Below are positions 12,378 to 22,743 of a stretch of DNA of 64,000 nt, in pieces. Position 1 is the first letter of the stretch. Each line of letters starts with the position of its first letter. The stretch lies in the NCBI GenBank assembly GCA_000388065.2, contig KB932203.1; one strand, written 5' to 3'. Position numbers and translations under genes: made by a program. The notes under the pieces are model-generated. The model had not been told where the DNA came from and did not search any database. It was given only the letters and a program-made list of their open reading frames with translations. The stretch is from Fonticula alba ATCC 38817 (taxonomy: Eukaryota; Protista; Nucleariida).

Positions 12378-13190
12378 GCCGATGACGGGGAGGGAGGGGG
12401 AAGAGGAGGAGGGGGAGGAGGAGGAGGAGGAGGAGGAGGAGAGGGAGGCAATCCGCAGGGCAGACCAGGGGGATGGATAGGGGAGGCCGCGAAAAGGGGC
12501 GGGCGAGTGTGTGTGTGTGGGGGGGGGGGTGTGGAGGAGATCCGAGAAACGAACAGACCCCGGGACCTGGTCGCCCCCGTCACACACAAGTCCCCTCTAA
12601 AGGGATCTCGAGTGTGTGGCGGCAAGCCGACTGATCGACCCCTCCCATGGCGCCAATCCCCTTGCCTCGCGCACATGGAGAGCCATCTTCTCTCAAGCCG
12701 CAGGGCCCCCTCCTGCGGTCTGAGGCCGATCTTCCCGATTGGCCACCCCGCCGAAGTCCCCGGCGATCGGGGGGGGGGGGGGGGCGGAGCGAGAGCCGGG
12801 GGCCCCGGGGTGGAGGGGCTCCGGGCAGAGGTCCAACGCCGTCCCTCCGGCCCCGGGCCATTCTTGTCGTCCAGATCGAGGTCACTGATGCGTCGGCATC
12901 TGGACATGGGTCGTGCCTCCATCGGCAGTACCCGTCCCTGGCTGTGTCATCCTCCCACACTATTCGGCGGCCATGGTGCCGCAGGCACACGCGCAGCCCC
13001 CCCCGGTAAGCCAAGGGAAAGCAATTCCGCTGAGCCCGCCCCTCCCCCTCCTTCCTTTCCCTCCCCCCCCCCGTCCCTCCCCGCTTGCTCCTATTTGTTC
13101 CTTTCTTTGTGATCCTCTGCCCCCCCTATCGCCCCCCCCCCCTGCCCCGAGCTCCCCCCACGCCACCTCATCGACAGCCCTCCACATACC

Positions 13191-15409
13191 ATGGCCAGCT
13201 CCGCCCCTGCCAAGGCGTCTGCCTCTGCTGTAATGTCGCACTTCCGCTTTGCCCTTGGCCAGCGTGCGGCCGCGGCGTCGGCCAGCGCCCCAACCCCAGC
13301 CTTGGCCGGCTTCGGTGGAAATGCCGCGCGCACCGGTGTCCTCCATTTCGGCCAGCGGTCCTTTCCCACGCCGCTGGCTTTCCTGTCGGCTCCGCGCGGT
13401 CATCCGACGCACCTGACCCCAGACCATGCCGCCACCCTCTTCGACCAGGCCGATGGTCATGGTCTCGGTGCGTGCCGGGACCAACCCACGCCCCTCCCTC
13501 TTGCGCGGGCGATTGGCGGAAAGAAAGAGAAGAGAAGCAAACCAACCCCTTTCTTCATTTCCCCTGCTCTGCCCATGCTCCTGACATGTCCCTGGCCGAA
13601 CTCCCTCTCCCTCCCTTCCTTTCCCCGCCCGAATCCCAGCCTTCAACCTTGAAACCGACTATCTGATGGGGTCTCTGATCCCTCTGCTCCGGCACAGCAG
13701 CACCGGCAAGGTCAAGCGCTCGGACACCTCGGCCGCCGTGACCACTTCCCTCCCGAGCGATGGTGATGTGGCGCTGCTGCCGAATCTGCGATCTTTCCTC
13801 GGCTTGTCGCCCGACACCTTGGTGTTCTCCTCGCCGCGCATGGTCTTCCCCGGGGCCCCAGGCGTTGGCCAGAAGACTGCCGGCAACACCGATGACACCA
13901 TCCTCTTTGAGAGCCGATACGGCCGCCGGGGGGCCAACCTCCAGCAGTTCATCCAGATGGTGGATCTCATGTACTCGGACCGGACCCCCCCCGCCGGCCC
14001 GGAAGCCGGGCGTCTCCTGCCGGTGGAGTTGCCGCAGGCCGGCTCGCCCACCCTGCTGATGGCCTTGGCCGACCTGCCGCCGGCGCTGGCCGGCGCGCGC
14101 CGGTCCCTCCGTGCGGCCGAGCGCAATGTGGCCTTCATGGATGGGCTGTTGAGCCATTATCAGAAGACCGGCGGGGTGCAGCCGGTGCGCGGGGCCTCCG
14201 ACTCGCCGGACCCCAGTCCGGCGGTCCTGCCGGCTCTCTTCGCCCCGATCATCGGCCCACACCCGGCGGCCGCGCGGCACGGCGCCAACTATGTGGCATC
14301 CGTTGTGGCTCGCCAGGGCATCGCCAATGGCGAGGGAGATGTCGCGGTCGGGGCGCCGGAGTCTTCCGGCTTCAGCCCCTCCTCCGTGCTCGGGGGCGTG
14401 GTGTTGGTGGGCTTCGACTTGACGAAGCCCCAGCAGCGACGCCTGGTGCGTGAGGTGCTGCGCACGGTCCCCGGGCACTTGCCGCGTGCGATTCTGGTTG
14501 GCTCGTCCGCCGGGGCCGGCACCCCGGAGGAGGCCCTGGCCGCGGTGCGCCTCGGTGCCGATCTGGTCCTCGATGCCGGGGCGGCGGCCGTGCGCGATGC
14601 CTCCGACGGCCGGGCTTGGTCGCTGTCTCACGGGGCCCTGGCGGAGGCCTTCCTCGGCGCCGAGGAGATCGACGAGTCCGAGCTCGACCACCTGCGCCAG
14701 GAGCGCCAGCTGTTCACCGACAATGAGGCGGCCATTCGTCGGGCGGCCGAGGAGGCCGATCGCGAGCGGGCCGAGGCAACTGCCCTGGCCGAGGCCGAGG
14801 GGCGCGCGACCCCCGGGCCGGCTGGCCCGCCGCGTGCTCGTCATGATGCTCCGCCCACGCAGCCCGACGACCTGGACCGACGCCTGGCCCGGGTGGCTGA
14901 CATGCTGGCGGGCAGCCAGCGCCAGGTGAACCTCTGGGATCGCGAGCACGCCATGGCCAAGGGCCCCTTCGTGAAAGGGTGCCCGTGCTTCGCCTGTGCG
15001 CGCCACACCCGCTCATACACGCACCATCTGCTCAACACTCAGGAGCTGTTGGGGCCGTTGCTGCTCAGCATGTGCGTCCTTTGGCTGGTCTTTCTCGCCC
15101 CCCTCCCCCCCCCCCACCGCCCGGCTCCTTCCTCCTGCTATGCGCCCTCTGCCCTGCCCCACCTTCATCCCCACTGCTATCCAGGCTTTCGCATGATGTC
15201 CATACTAAGCACGACATCTTCCCCGCCCCCCTCCCGGTTGGTGCCACCCATTTGTCCCATCCACCCGAAGTCACAATTCCCACCAGGCGCTTGGGCTTTT
15301 CCGTGAAGTGCGCCAGGTACTGGCTCGGCTGGCTGGCCCGAGCAGCAAGCGCCTGCGCACCGGCACCGATGCCGATGACGCCTCGCCCAAGCGCCCGCGC
15401 GTGGAGTAA
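13191..15409 (+). CDS. QTRT2: Queuine tRNA-ribosyltransferase accessory subunit 2 (QTRT2/QTRTD1). Exons 13191-13467, 13640-15071, 15271-15409
   Basis: N-terminal ARTG..FPTP..LSAPRGHPTHLTPD. Later G.GTPEE.LAAVRLGADLV and the zinc site C-x-C-x2-C-x25-H (GCPCFAC...HTRSYTHHLL..QELLGPLLLSIHN, joined across a phase-2 intron). I did not see the catalytic DSGG/DD motifs of QTRT1/Tgt. Confidence 0.8.
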
Positions 15410-15655
15410 GTACGCGCCCCGGCCCCGCTTCCATTTCGACCCTCTCCTCGCCCCGACTGCGCGCCCGGCGCCATTGGGGCACCCCTTGCTTTGTTTTTTT
15501 TTTTTTCCCCCAGCCTCTTGGAAATCCCTCCTGTTGCCCTTCCCCCCTCAGCACATAATAGACCTTCTTGCATTGGAACAAGGAAACGAAAGCGACACCA
15601 GTCTCACAGAGGGAAGGGGCGGGCGGGCGGGCGGGCGACGGCACAACTCATCGCT

Positions 15656-17044
15656 CTAGCCAAAGTGCCATGCGACATCGGCCAAAATCGGGTAGTGGTC
15701 GCTGGGATAAATGGTCCCCAGGCCGGAGGGCAGAGACACATGCTGGGTGAGCATGTCGACCGCGGTGACATTGTACCCGGCCAGGTTGGCGCCGGTCCAG
15801 AGCCACACGTAGTCGATCTTGCGGATGCCCTTGCCGGTGAACTCGTGGTAGGTGAGCCCACGACGGGGGTCATGATCGAGCTGACGGAAGGTGTCCATGT
15901 AGCCGGCATCCTGGAGAACCCGGACTTCGGTGGCATTTTCGCTGTGGTTGTTGAAGTCCCCGGTGATCAGGGTCGGCAGCCGGGCCAGGTTGTACCGGTC
16001 GATGGTGTCAACCAGCTGCTGGGCGCTCTGGATGCGGGAGTTGCTGGACATGTGGTCCAGGTGCACATTGAAGTGGTAGAATGCGCGGCCGGTGGGGACG
16101 TCGAAAAACTTGGCCCAGGTGCAGATCCGGGGCAGGTTGTTGCCGTACGTCCGGCAGCCGGGAATGTGTGGCTGGTCGCAGAACCAGAAGGTCCCGGATT
16201 CGAGAACCTGCAGACGATCGGCCCGATAGAAGATGGGCGCATACTCGCCGGCGGTGAGGCCATCATCGCGGCCCACGCCGACATGCCGGTACTCCGGCAG
16301 CTCGGCCAGGAGCTCTTGCAGCTGGAAGTGCAGGACCTCCTGCAGCCCCGCCACCAGGGGAGCCTGCTTACGCAGGATGTCAAACACCTGGGGCCGGCGC
16401 TGTGGCCAGCCATTCAGCCCATCGCTGGCCGAGCCGTAGCGAATGTTGAAGGACAGCGCGCGGAAGGCCATTTCGGTGGCCGCCACCGCCGGGCGCCAGG
16501 GCGTGCGCGGAGCCACGCCGGCCGTCGAAAGCTGGTGACTCTCGGCGGCGACCTCGGCAATGGCCCCGGCGGCCTCGGCGGCCGGGGCTGTGATGTTCAG
16601 CTCCAGCAGCTCGTAGCCCGCGGCCCCGTCCAGGCGCTGGCGGTAAAGCCCACGCGAGGTGAAAGCCCCCCCGGGCAGGGACTGGGAAAAGTAGCCGAAG
16701 GTGTCGTCACCGTTCACCTGCCCGGCAAGCGGGCCCTCGGAGGAGACACGCGTGAGCAGGGGGGCCAAATTATCGGGCCAGGTGTCGGCGTTGGCATCGG
16801 CGGTGCCGGCGGGCCAGAGCAAGGTCTGGGGCAGGCCCGGGCCGGCGGCCAGGCGAACCGCGGCACCCTCGGCCAAGGTCAGCTGCGGTCCGGCGGCCAG
16901 GAGGCCCTGGCTGAAGAGAGCGCGTAGCCGGCGCATCGGCGCGGTGTCTTGCTGATGCGGCGAGGTGGGCAGGGCGGTGGCCGTGATGGCCGCCGCCGCC
17001 AGCAGGGCCAGCAGGGCCAGCAGGAGGTGCTGGAGAGCACGCAT
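15656..17044 (-). CDS. EEP superfamily protein C, secreted, intronless, about 462 aa with an extra N-terminal region of about 170 aa
   Basis: Signal peptide MRALQHLLLALLALLAAAAITATA. Catalytic set SFNIRY, GLQE, HLDH, GDFN, RKIDY, YPSDHYP. Clearly paralogous to 11427-12377. Confidence 0.92.
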   Translation of the reverse strand: MRALQHLLLALLALLAAAAITATALPTSPHQQDTAPMRRLRALFSQGLLAAGPQLTLAEGAAVRLAAGPGLPQTLLWPAGTADANADTWPDNLAPLLTRVSSEGPLAGQVNGDDTFGYFSQSLPGGAFTSRGLYRQRLDGAAGYELLELNITAPAAEAAGAIAEVAAESHQLSTAGVAPRTPWRPAVAATEMAFRALSFNIRYGSASDGLNGWPQRRPQVFDILRKQAPLVAGLQEVLHFQLQELLAELPEYRHVGVGRDDGLTAGEYAPIFYRADRLQVLESGTFWFCDQPHIPGCRTYGNNLPRICTWAKFFDVPTGRAFYHFNVHLDHMSSNSRIQSAQQLVDTIDRYNLARLPTLITGDFNNHSENATEVRVLQDAGYMDTFRQLDHDPRRGLTYHEFTGKGIRKIDYVWLWTGANLAGYNVTAVDMLTQHVSLPSGLGTIYPSDHYPILADVAWHFG

Positions 17045-17665
17045 TCTCGCCCTCGAACGGTGCAGAGGATGTGTGGTTATGTGCGTGTGTGTGTGTGTGC
17101 GCGCGTGAAAAGAGACGGCCGCGAGAGCAACGGAGATGGATGGTGGTGGGGAGGCAGGATGGTGGGGGGGAGGGGGGGGGGGAGATGAAGGGGCAGCGAG
17201 GCCTGTGTCAAGAGGGCTCTGAAGCCAGCATGCAGCAAGCATAGCCTTTTTATTCGGGCACCGGTTCCGGCATCGGTGCACACGGTTGGGGGCACGGGGA
17301 CCACACCCAGGGCCGGGCATCTGACGACAGATGCACACCCAGGGCAAGGGACAGATCTCCCAATGGCTGAGGTCACCCGGGCCGCGAACAGCATGTTGTG
17401 GCGGTCCCTGGGGGACATTCGGAGCCTCGGCAGTTCAGCCGAAGGGGCCGGGTCGGACACGGGGACCGGGGTTCCGGGCCAAGGGTCGGGGGTGGCTCGG
17501 GTCACTCCGGGGGGGGGGGGGGGCATCACGCACAATCCTCCTGCCAGGCCGGTGTCTCCTCCCGACAATATGTCCCCTGCCAGCTGTGCTTCCGCCGGTG
17601 GGGGCCGGTGTGAAGGCAGTGTCGGGCGACAAAAGGGAACACAGGCACACGCGGGGGGCAGGCAT

Positions 17666-17671
17666 TTTATT
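17666..17671 (-). promoter_or_regulatory. Candidate polyadenylation signal (AATAAA) for the exostosin gene
   Basis: AATAAA on the minus strand about 90 nt after the inferred stop at 17761. A second copy lies at 17249-17254. PAS usage in this organism is not established. Confidence 0.3.
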
Positions 17672-17760
17672 GTGTGCCTGCCCCCCTCGGTGCGAGCGAA
17701 CGGGCGCCGGCGGAGACGCGCGCGCACCCTGCGGGCCGGTTGTTTTGATATGTGCTTTTA

Positions 17761-20039
17761 TCAGGGGGGCGAGGCCGCCCGTGACAGCCACGTGACGAAC
17801 TCGTTGACCAGCCCTGCATTCACCCACACCTCGCCCGGGTCCGGGGCCGAGGCCGAGGCCGAGGCCGAGGCCGAGGCGGGCATGCTGGTGGCGGCGGCCT
17901 GCCACCGGCGGACAGCCTCCTCGAGGTCGACGCTGTAGGCGCCCTTGCGGGCGATGTCCAGCCCGCCGGCCAGCATTGCCCCAATGGCCCCTTCAGATCG
18001 GAGCTCCGTCTGGGCCAGAGACTGATCGAGACGCCGGCCGGCGGTCGAGTAGCTGCCCCAGCCCGCGGGTGCGTGTTAGAATGGCGCCGGCGGGAGGAGC
18101 TGCGCGTCTTCTCGGGAGCCCGCGCTGGCAGGGGGAGGGACGCGGGCAGGGTGCGTACCTGACACGAAGGACTGCCCGCCGGGAAAGGTCTGGCTCCCCC
18201 GGGCCCGGGGCTTCCAGGTCGTCGCCGAAGATCACCGGCACGCAGCCCAGCATCATGGCCTGGTCCGTCCGAGCAGAAAGACATACACACACACACACAC
18301 ACAGACGCCCCCACCGGCCCGGCAAAGGCCCAGTCCGGGTGTATTTTCCCGGTGCCGAGAGTTAGCATGGCCCCCCTGGCCGGCCGGGTGGCCGAGACGC
18401 GACCGAGGATCCGACGGCGCACCTCCAGTGGCCGGGGCGACCACTCATAGAAGCCCGGCGGACAGAGGCAAAAGCGGGACTCCTCGCCGGGCCGATTGCG
18501 TGGGTCCTTGCCCAGGGCCAGGCGTGCCACGGCGGGCCCGGCTCCCACGGCCCGGCGCGCATCCTCCCACAATGCATGCCCCTCGGACAGAGCCTGCAAG
18601 AGCTGGCGCACCCCGCGCGAGTGGGGGAAGTCCCGCTGGATGGTCCCGTGGAAGCTGGACCGGATTGCCTTCTGGCGCCACTCGGCCAGAAGCAGCTCGG
18701 TCGAAGGTGCCTGGCCGATGGGCCGGCATGCTCGGTCGGTGGCGTCACGCTCATGCCCCGGGGGACAGCCCCGGCCCGCCGCCGAGCGGGCGTGCTGCCC
18801 CAGCAGGCGATCCATTCGGGCCACCAGAACATCCAACGTCGCATCGGTCACGCGTGCCGGGGCCACATAGTGCTCCTCGGGCTGGCAGGTGGCCGAGGGC
18901 AAATCCGCAAGCCAGGGCGCCGGGCATCGCGCCAGGGGCGGGCACGAGCATGTGAGTGTCGACATGGGTGGAGGCCGCACGGCCGGGCCTTGCGCAGCGC
19001 CTAAAAGACGCGAGGCGTGCCTTCCCTCCCCCCCCATCTCCGGTTTGAGAAGGAACTCACCGTATAGCCCGATCGCCGGCTGCCGTTCGTGGTGATAACC
19101 AGCGGACCCGGCTGCGCGCGTCCGGCCGCCAGCGGGCGCTCTCCGGCCAGGCGGGCCAAAGCCCGCTGGATGAAGGCCAGGCCCTCGCCATGCCCCGAGA
19201 AGAGGACCATGCGGCCGAGGGGGACACGTGTGTCTCGGAGCATCTCGTCAAGGGCTTTTGCATGTTTCCGTGCCCATCGGCCGGTGGCATGTGAGTTCGC
19301 CAGCCCGTGAAGCTACATGCCCCCACGATGGCAGGGGGCCCCGGAGGCTCACAAGCGCACCCTGATAGAAGGCGGCCTCGACCCAGTGGTCGGAAAACCG
19401 GCGCAGGGCCTTCCCCTGGCGCATTTCGGCCACGGTTTCCCGGCAGCCATAGCGCATGGCATACACCGGCACGAAGACCCAGTCCGCCTCGTCGGGCGTG
19501 GCCACAAAGGGGCAGAGCAGTTCCTCCCCCGAGAGGATCGGCACCACCGGCGACCGGGCCCCGTGGATGCACCGGTGCGCGGCTCGGAGGAGCTCCACAT
19601 GCAGGAGCACCTCACTGTCAAAGAGCCGGCCTGTCGGGCCGAGCATGCATGCGCGGCGGGCCTCGGTGGCCGAGCTCTCGGCGATGGGGCCCACCTCGGG
19701 CCAGCGCCCGAGCGCCACGGCGCCCATGTCGCCGGCCGGCGCCTCGGTGGAGAACAACAGATCGCGAGTGAGCCCCGCGGACCCGGGGTGGATGAAGCTG
19801 GGGATGTGAGGGAGGGTTGTCATTGGCCCCGGTTTCGGTTAGCCATCCCCACAATGCAGAGGGTTCCAGCGGGCAAGCGAAGAGGTCGGCGAGGGGTACA
19901 AGTACATCTTGGTGCCGGCCACCGGCACACAGCAGGCCGAGTTGACCGTCAGGCTGAGGAGGAGCAGGCAAAGCAGGGCCAAAGGCACGGATCTTGATCC
20001 GGCGAGCCCATGACCGGGATTGCCGGGTGAGGTGGGCAT
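17761..20039 (-). CDS. Exostosin-family (GT47-like) glycosyltransferase with N-terminal signal/anchor; about 5 introns
   Basis: Splicing joins TKIFIHP...DLL, [63 protein letters not shown], the hallmark exostosin motif series. Phases checked at each junction. Confidence 0.8.
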
Positions 20040-20449
20040 ATCGGCAAGCGAGGGGGGCGGAGGTCAGGGAGTGGCTCCAGACAGGAGCACAAGCGAAGAT
20101 CAGGGGTGGTTGGCAAGGTCGAGCGGCAGGGGAGGGGGGGGGGGGAGGAGGGGCGGGGGGGACAGAGCAAAAGTGTGCTCCTCCGCCTTCTTCACAGGCC
20201 GGGGCGACGGCACTTGTATTAATTAAACCCCACAATCCTCTGCGAATGCAGGTGACGAGCCAGCCCATCCGCGTGACCAGCCCTCCCGGGTGCCGACGAC
20301 TTTCCCTTTAAATGCCGGTGTTCCGTGTTTTCCGCAGACCCTTGGGGTGGGGGTGCCAGAAGAAGTGCCCTCCCCCGCCCCCGCCCCCGCCCCCGCCCCC
20401 CCCCCCCTCCCTCCTCTGCCGCTTGTCCGCTGTCGCTGCCATCGCCTCC

Positions 20450-21495
20450 ATGTCTTCTGCCGAGAGTCCCCCCGGCACGCCGTCTGCCATTCCGGCCAGC
20501 GCCCCGGCCCTTACCACGGATGCCCTGTCTGCCACCCTTGGCCCGGCGCCGATTGTGGCCAGCTCGCAAACCACGGCCGAGCCCGTGTTCGCCGATGCCA
20601 GCCTGGTCTCGGATGCCGGTGCGTCTCCCCTCCTCCTGGGCTGCTCCTGCGTCACTTCCTCTGCTCCCCCCTCCCCCTCCCTCTCTCCGCCTAGGAGCCC
20701 GCTGAGAAGGGCCCGCCCCCCCCCCACTTTCTAACCCTCCCCTCCATTCCCAGATCGCTTTGAGTCGGAGCAGGCCCGCCTGATCGAGCGTGCGGACGAC
20801 ATGTTCCGCAAGATCTCCCAGTACATCAATGCCGAGATGTCCAGTGCGTGTGCCATCCAGCAATTGCCTTCCCCTTATGTGCCTTTGCTCACCTGCCCCC
20901 CATGCCCTCGGCCTGGCGCTGCAGCTCTTGAGGGGGACTACTCCAACCTGGGGAGGATGAACCTGACTGCGGCACATGCGTACGCCGAAATCGAGCGCAT
21001 GGTCCTCGGTCTGAACTCCATGATGTCCGAGCTCCAGAACAAGTGTACGTCCCCTCCCACTTCATCCTCACTCTCTCTTCCTCCCGCTCTCTGGCGCGTG
21101 TCCGTGCGCGCCCTTGTTCGCGCAGCCCGCACTGCACCAAGGCCCCAGTCTGTTTGGCCCCCTCAGCTGACCCATTCCCCGCCCCCCCCCCCCCCCCCCC
21201 GTGCAGACGAGCATAATAAGGTGTACTTCGCACAGATCGATGCCCTGGAAAAGAGTGTCGAGCGCCTGGAGACCGCCGCCCGCGAGCTGGACGCGTATGC
21301 CCGCCGTCTTGGTGCGTCCTCCCGTCTTTTGATCCTGCCAGTGCTGGCTTGCAGTTGCGCCTATCATGGCCGGCCGTTGCACTTGCGCCAAGACCTGCGC
21401 GTCCCACCTTCCCTCCCTCTAACACACACACACACACATACACACACACGCAAATATCCACAGATCAAGCCTTCCGCGCCTTCGGCCGCGGCTGA
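20450..21495 (+). CDS. BLOC1S2: Biogenesis of lysosome-related organelles complex 1 subunit 2; 5 short exons
   Basis: Spliced helical sequence DDMFRKISQYINAEM..DYSNLGRMN..AYAE..LQNK..YFAQIDALEKSVERLE..ARELDAYARRLDQAF closely follows the BLOC1S2 pattern (MFSKMATYL..DYKLLENMN..YLDQI..LE..A.KLDAYSK.LE). Confidence 0.85.
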
Positions 21496-22257
21496 GCAAC
21501 TTCCGCTTGTTTTCTCTTTTTTGCGCGTCTGCCGAAAGCGACCAAGACAATGGGGGGTAGCCCCCCCCCCCCGTTCCACTGCCCTCCTCCGCGGCCCCCC
21601 GCCATCCTGGGCCCCGGTGGGAAAATACACACATCTTGCGTACTCCCGTCGCAACGCCGGCCGTTGGCACATGGCTCCATTGGCAGTCCCCCGATCTTGG
21701 CCCGAGGTCCTGGGACACCGCGCGATCTCGCCCCTCGGCCGTTCTGTCGGTGCATCTGCCGATCGCTCTACGTTGGCGGTGGCGGTTTCCGGCCATCCTG
21801 ACTGGCAGGACCCACCGGGGCCGGAGCGCGGGTGCGTATGCGCGCGTGTGTGTGTGTGTGTGTGTGCGCGCGCGGCACCGCCACGCTCCCGAAGGGCGGC
21901 CGTCAGGCGGCGTTCCAGGGACGGCGTGAGGCTGGAGGAACCGGTGGGAGTCGGCTTTTCAAAGGCGCGCCGGCAACGCGGCTGGGGAAGGGGGCCTGGG
22001 GGCCGGCCCGCGAGCACGCATGCTAGGGGCGGGGGGGGGGGGGGGGGGGGGGGGGGGTCGGCCGCATGTCTTGTCTGTCTCTGACGGTTTTCCCCGGACA
22101 CAAGCCCCCCTCGCCGCCCCGGCCGAGAAGGGGAGAGGAGGCTTTGTGCACGCGCGGCCCCCGGCCAACGAGGGAGATCGGCCGCGTCTCGTTTCTGCTC
22201 CCGTCACCAGGGACGCACAAGACTGGACATGGACCTGGCATGGGTCTGCGCACATGC

Positions 22258-22261
<4 letters not shown>

Positions 22262-22333
<72 letters not shown>
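22262..22333. repeat. (GT)n microsatellite running into an assembly gap
   Basis: About 36 GT units, then Ns. Confidence 0.95.
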
Positions 22334-22438
22334 NNNNNNNNNNNNNNNNNNNNNNNNNNNNNNNNNNNNNNNNNNNNNNNNNNNNNNNNNNNNNNNNNNN
22401 NNNNNNNNNNNNNNNNNNNNNNNNNNNNNNNNNNNNNN
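22334..22438. other. Assembly gap (N run)
   Basis: Run of N. Confidence 0.99.
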
Positions 22439-22743
22439 GTGTGTACGCCAGGGAATGGGGGGCACAGCTGGGCATTAATTCCCCTCAATTGCCGATCACC
22501 CCGGGGCCTGAGGCTCGAGGCTGGCCAAGTGGCAGCGTCCAGTCACACCTCTGCCAGGACCCGGGTATCACCCTTCAGACGCCCGGACCATTTTCCACCC
22601 CCCTCCCCCCCCCCCCCCCGCCCCCCATTTTCCCCCTCAAATCAGGATATCACCCCGCCCACCCCTTCCCCTCGCGCCTCCCGACCTTGCCCCTTGCCGC
22701 TCCCTATTCCATTTGGGGGAGAGCAACAGAGAAACACCCCCCG

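Noticed and set aside
15552-15659. Alternative QTRT2 last exon whose TAG (15657-15659) would overlap the EEP-C stop (15656-15658) in a shared CTAG
   Set aside because: Phase-compatible, but its codons (ata ata, ctt ctt, gaa caa gga) are atypical for this GC3-rich genome. Reading through to TAA at 15407-15409 gives a more family-like, codon-typical ending. RNA-seq would settle it.
19798-19905. In-frame TAA (19839-19841) between two exostosin ORFs, suggesting readthrough or a pseudogene
   Set aside because: It falls inside a 108-nt GT..CTAAC..CAG intron whose removal restores the frame (TK-I-FIHP).
7021-21686. Shared short words in intergenic DNA (tggcacat..ccattggcag at 7021 and 21665; tggcacatggct at 10472 reverse and 21665; accacaaggggg at 11317 and 35144)
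   Set aside because: Matches of 12 nt or less are expected many times by chance in 64 kb.
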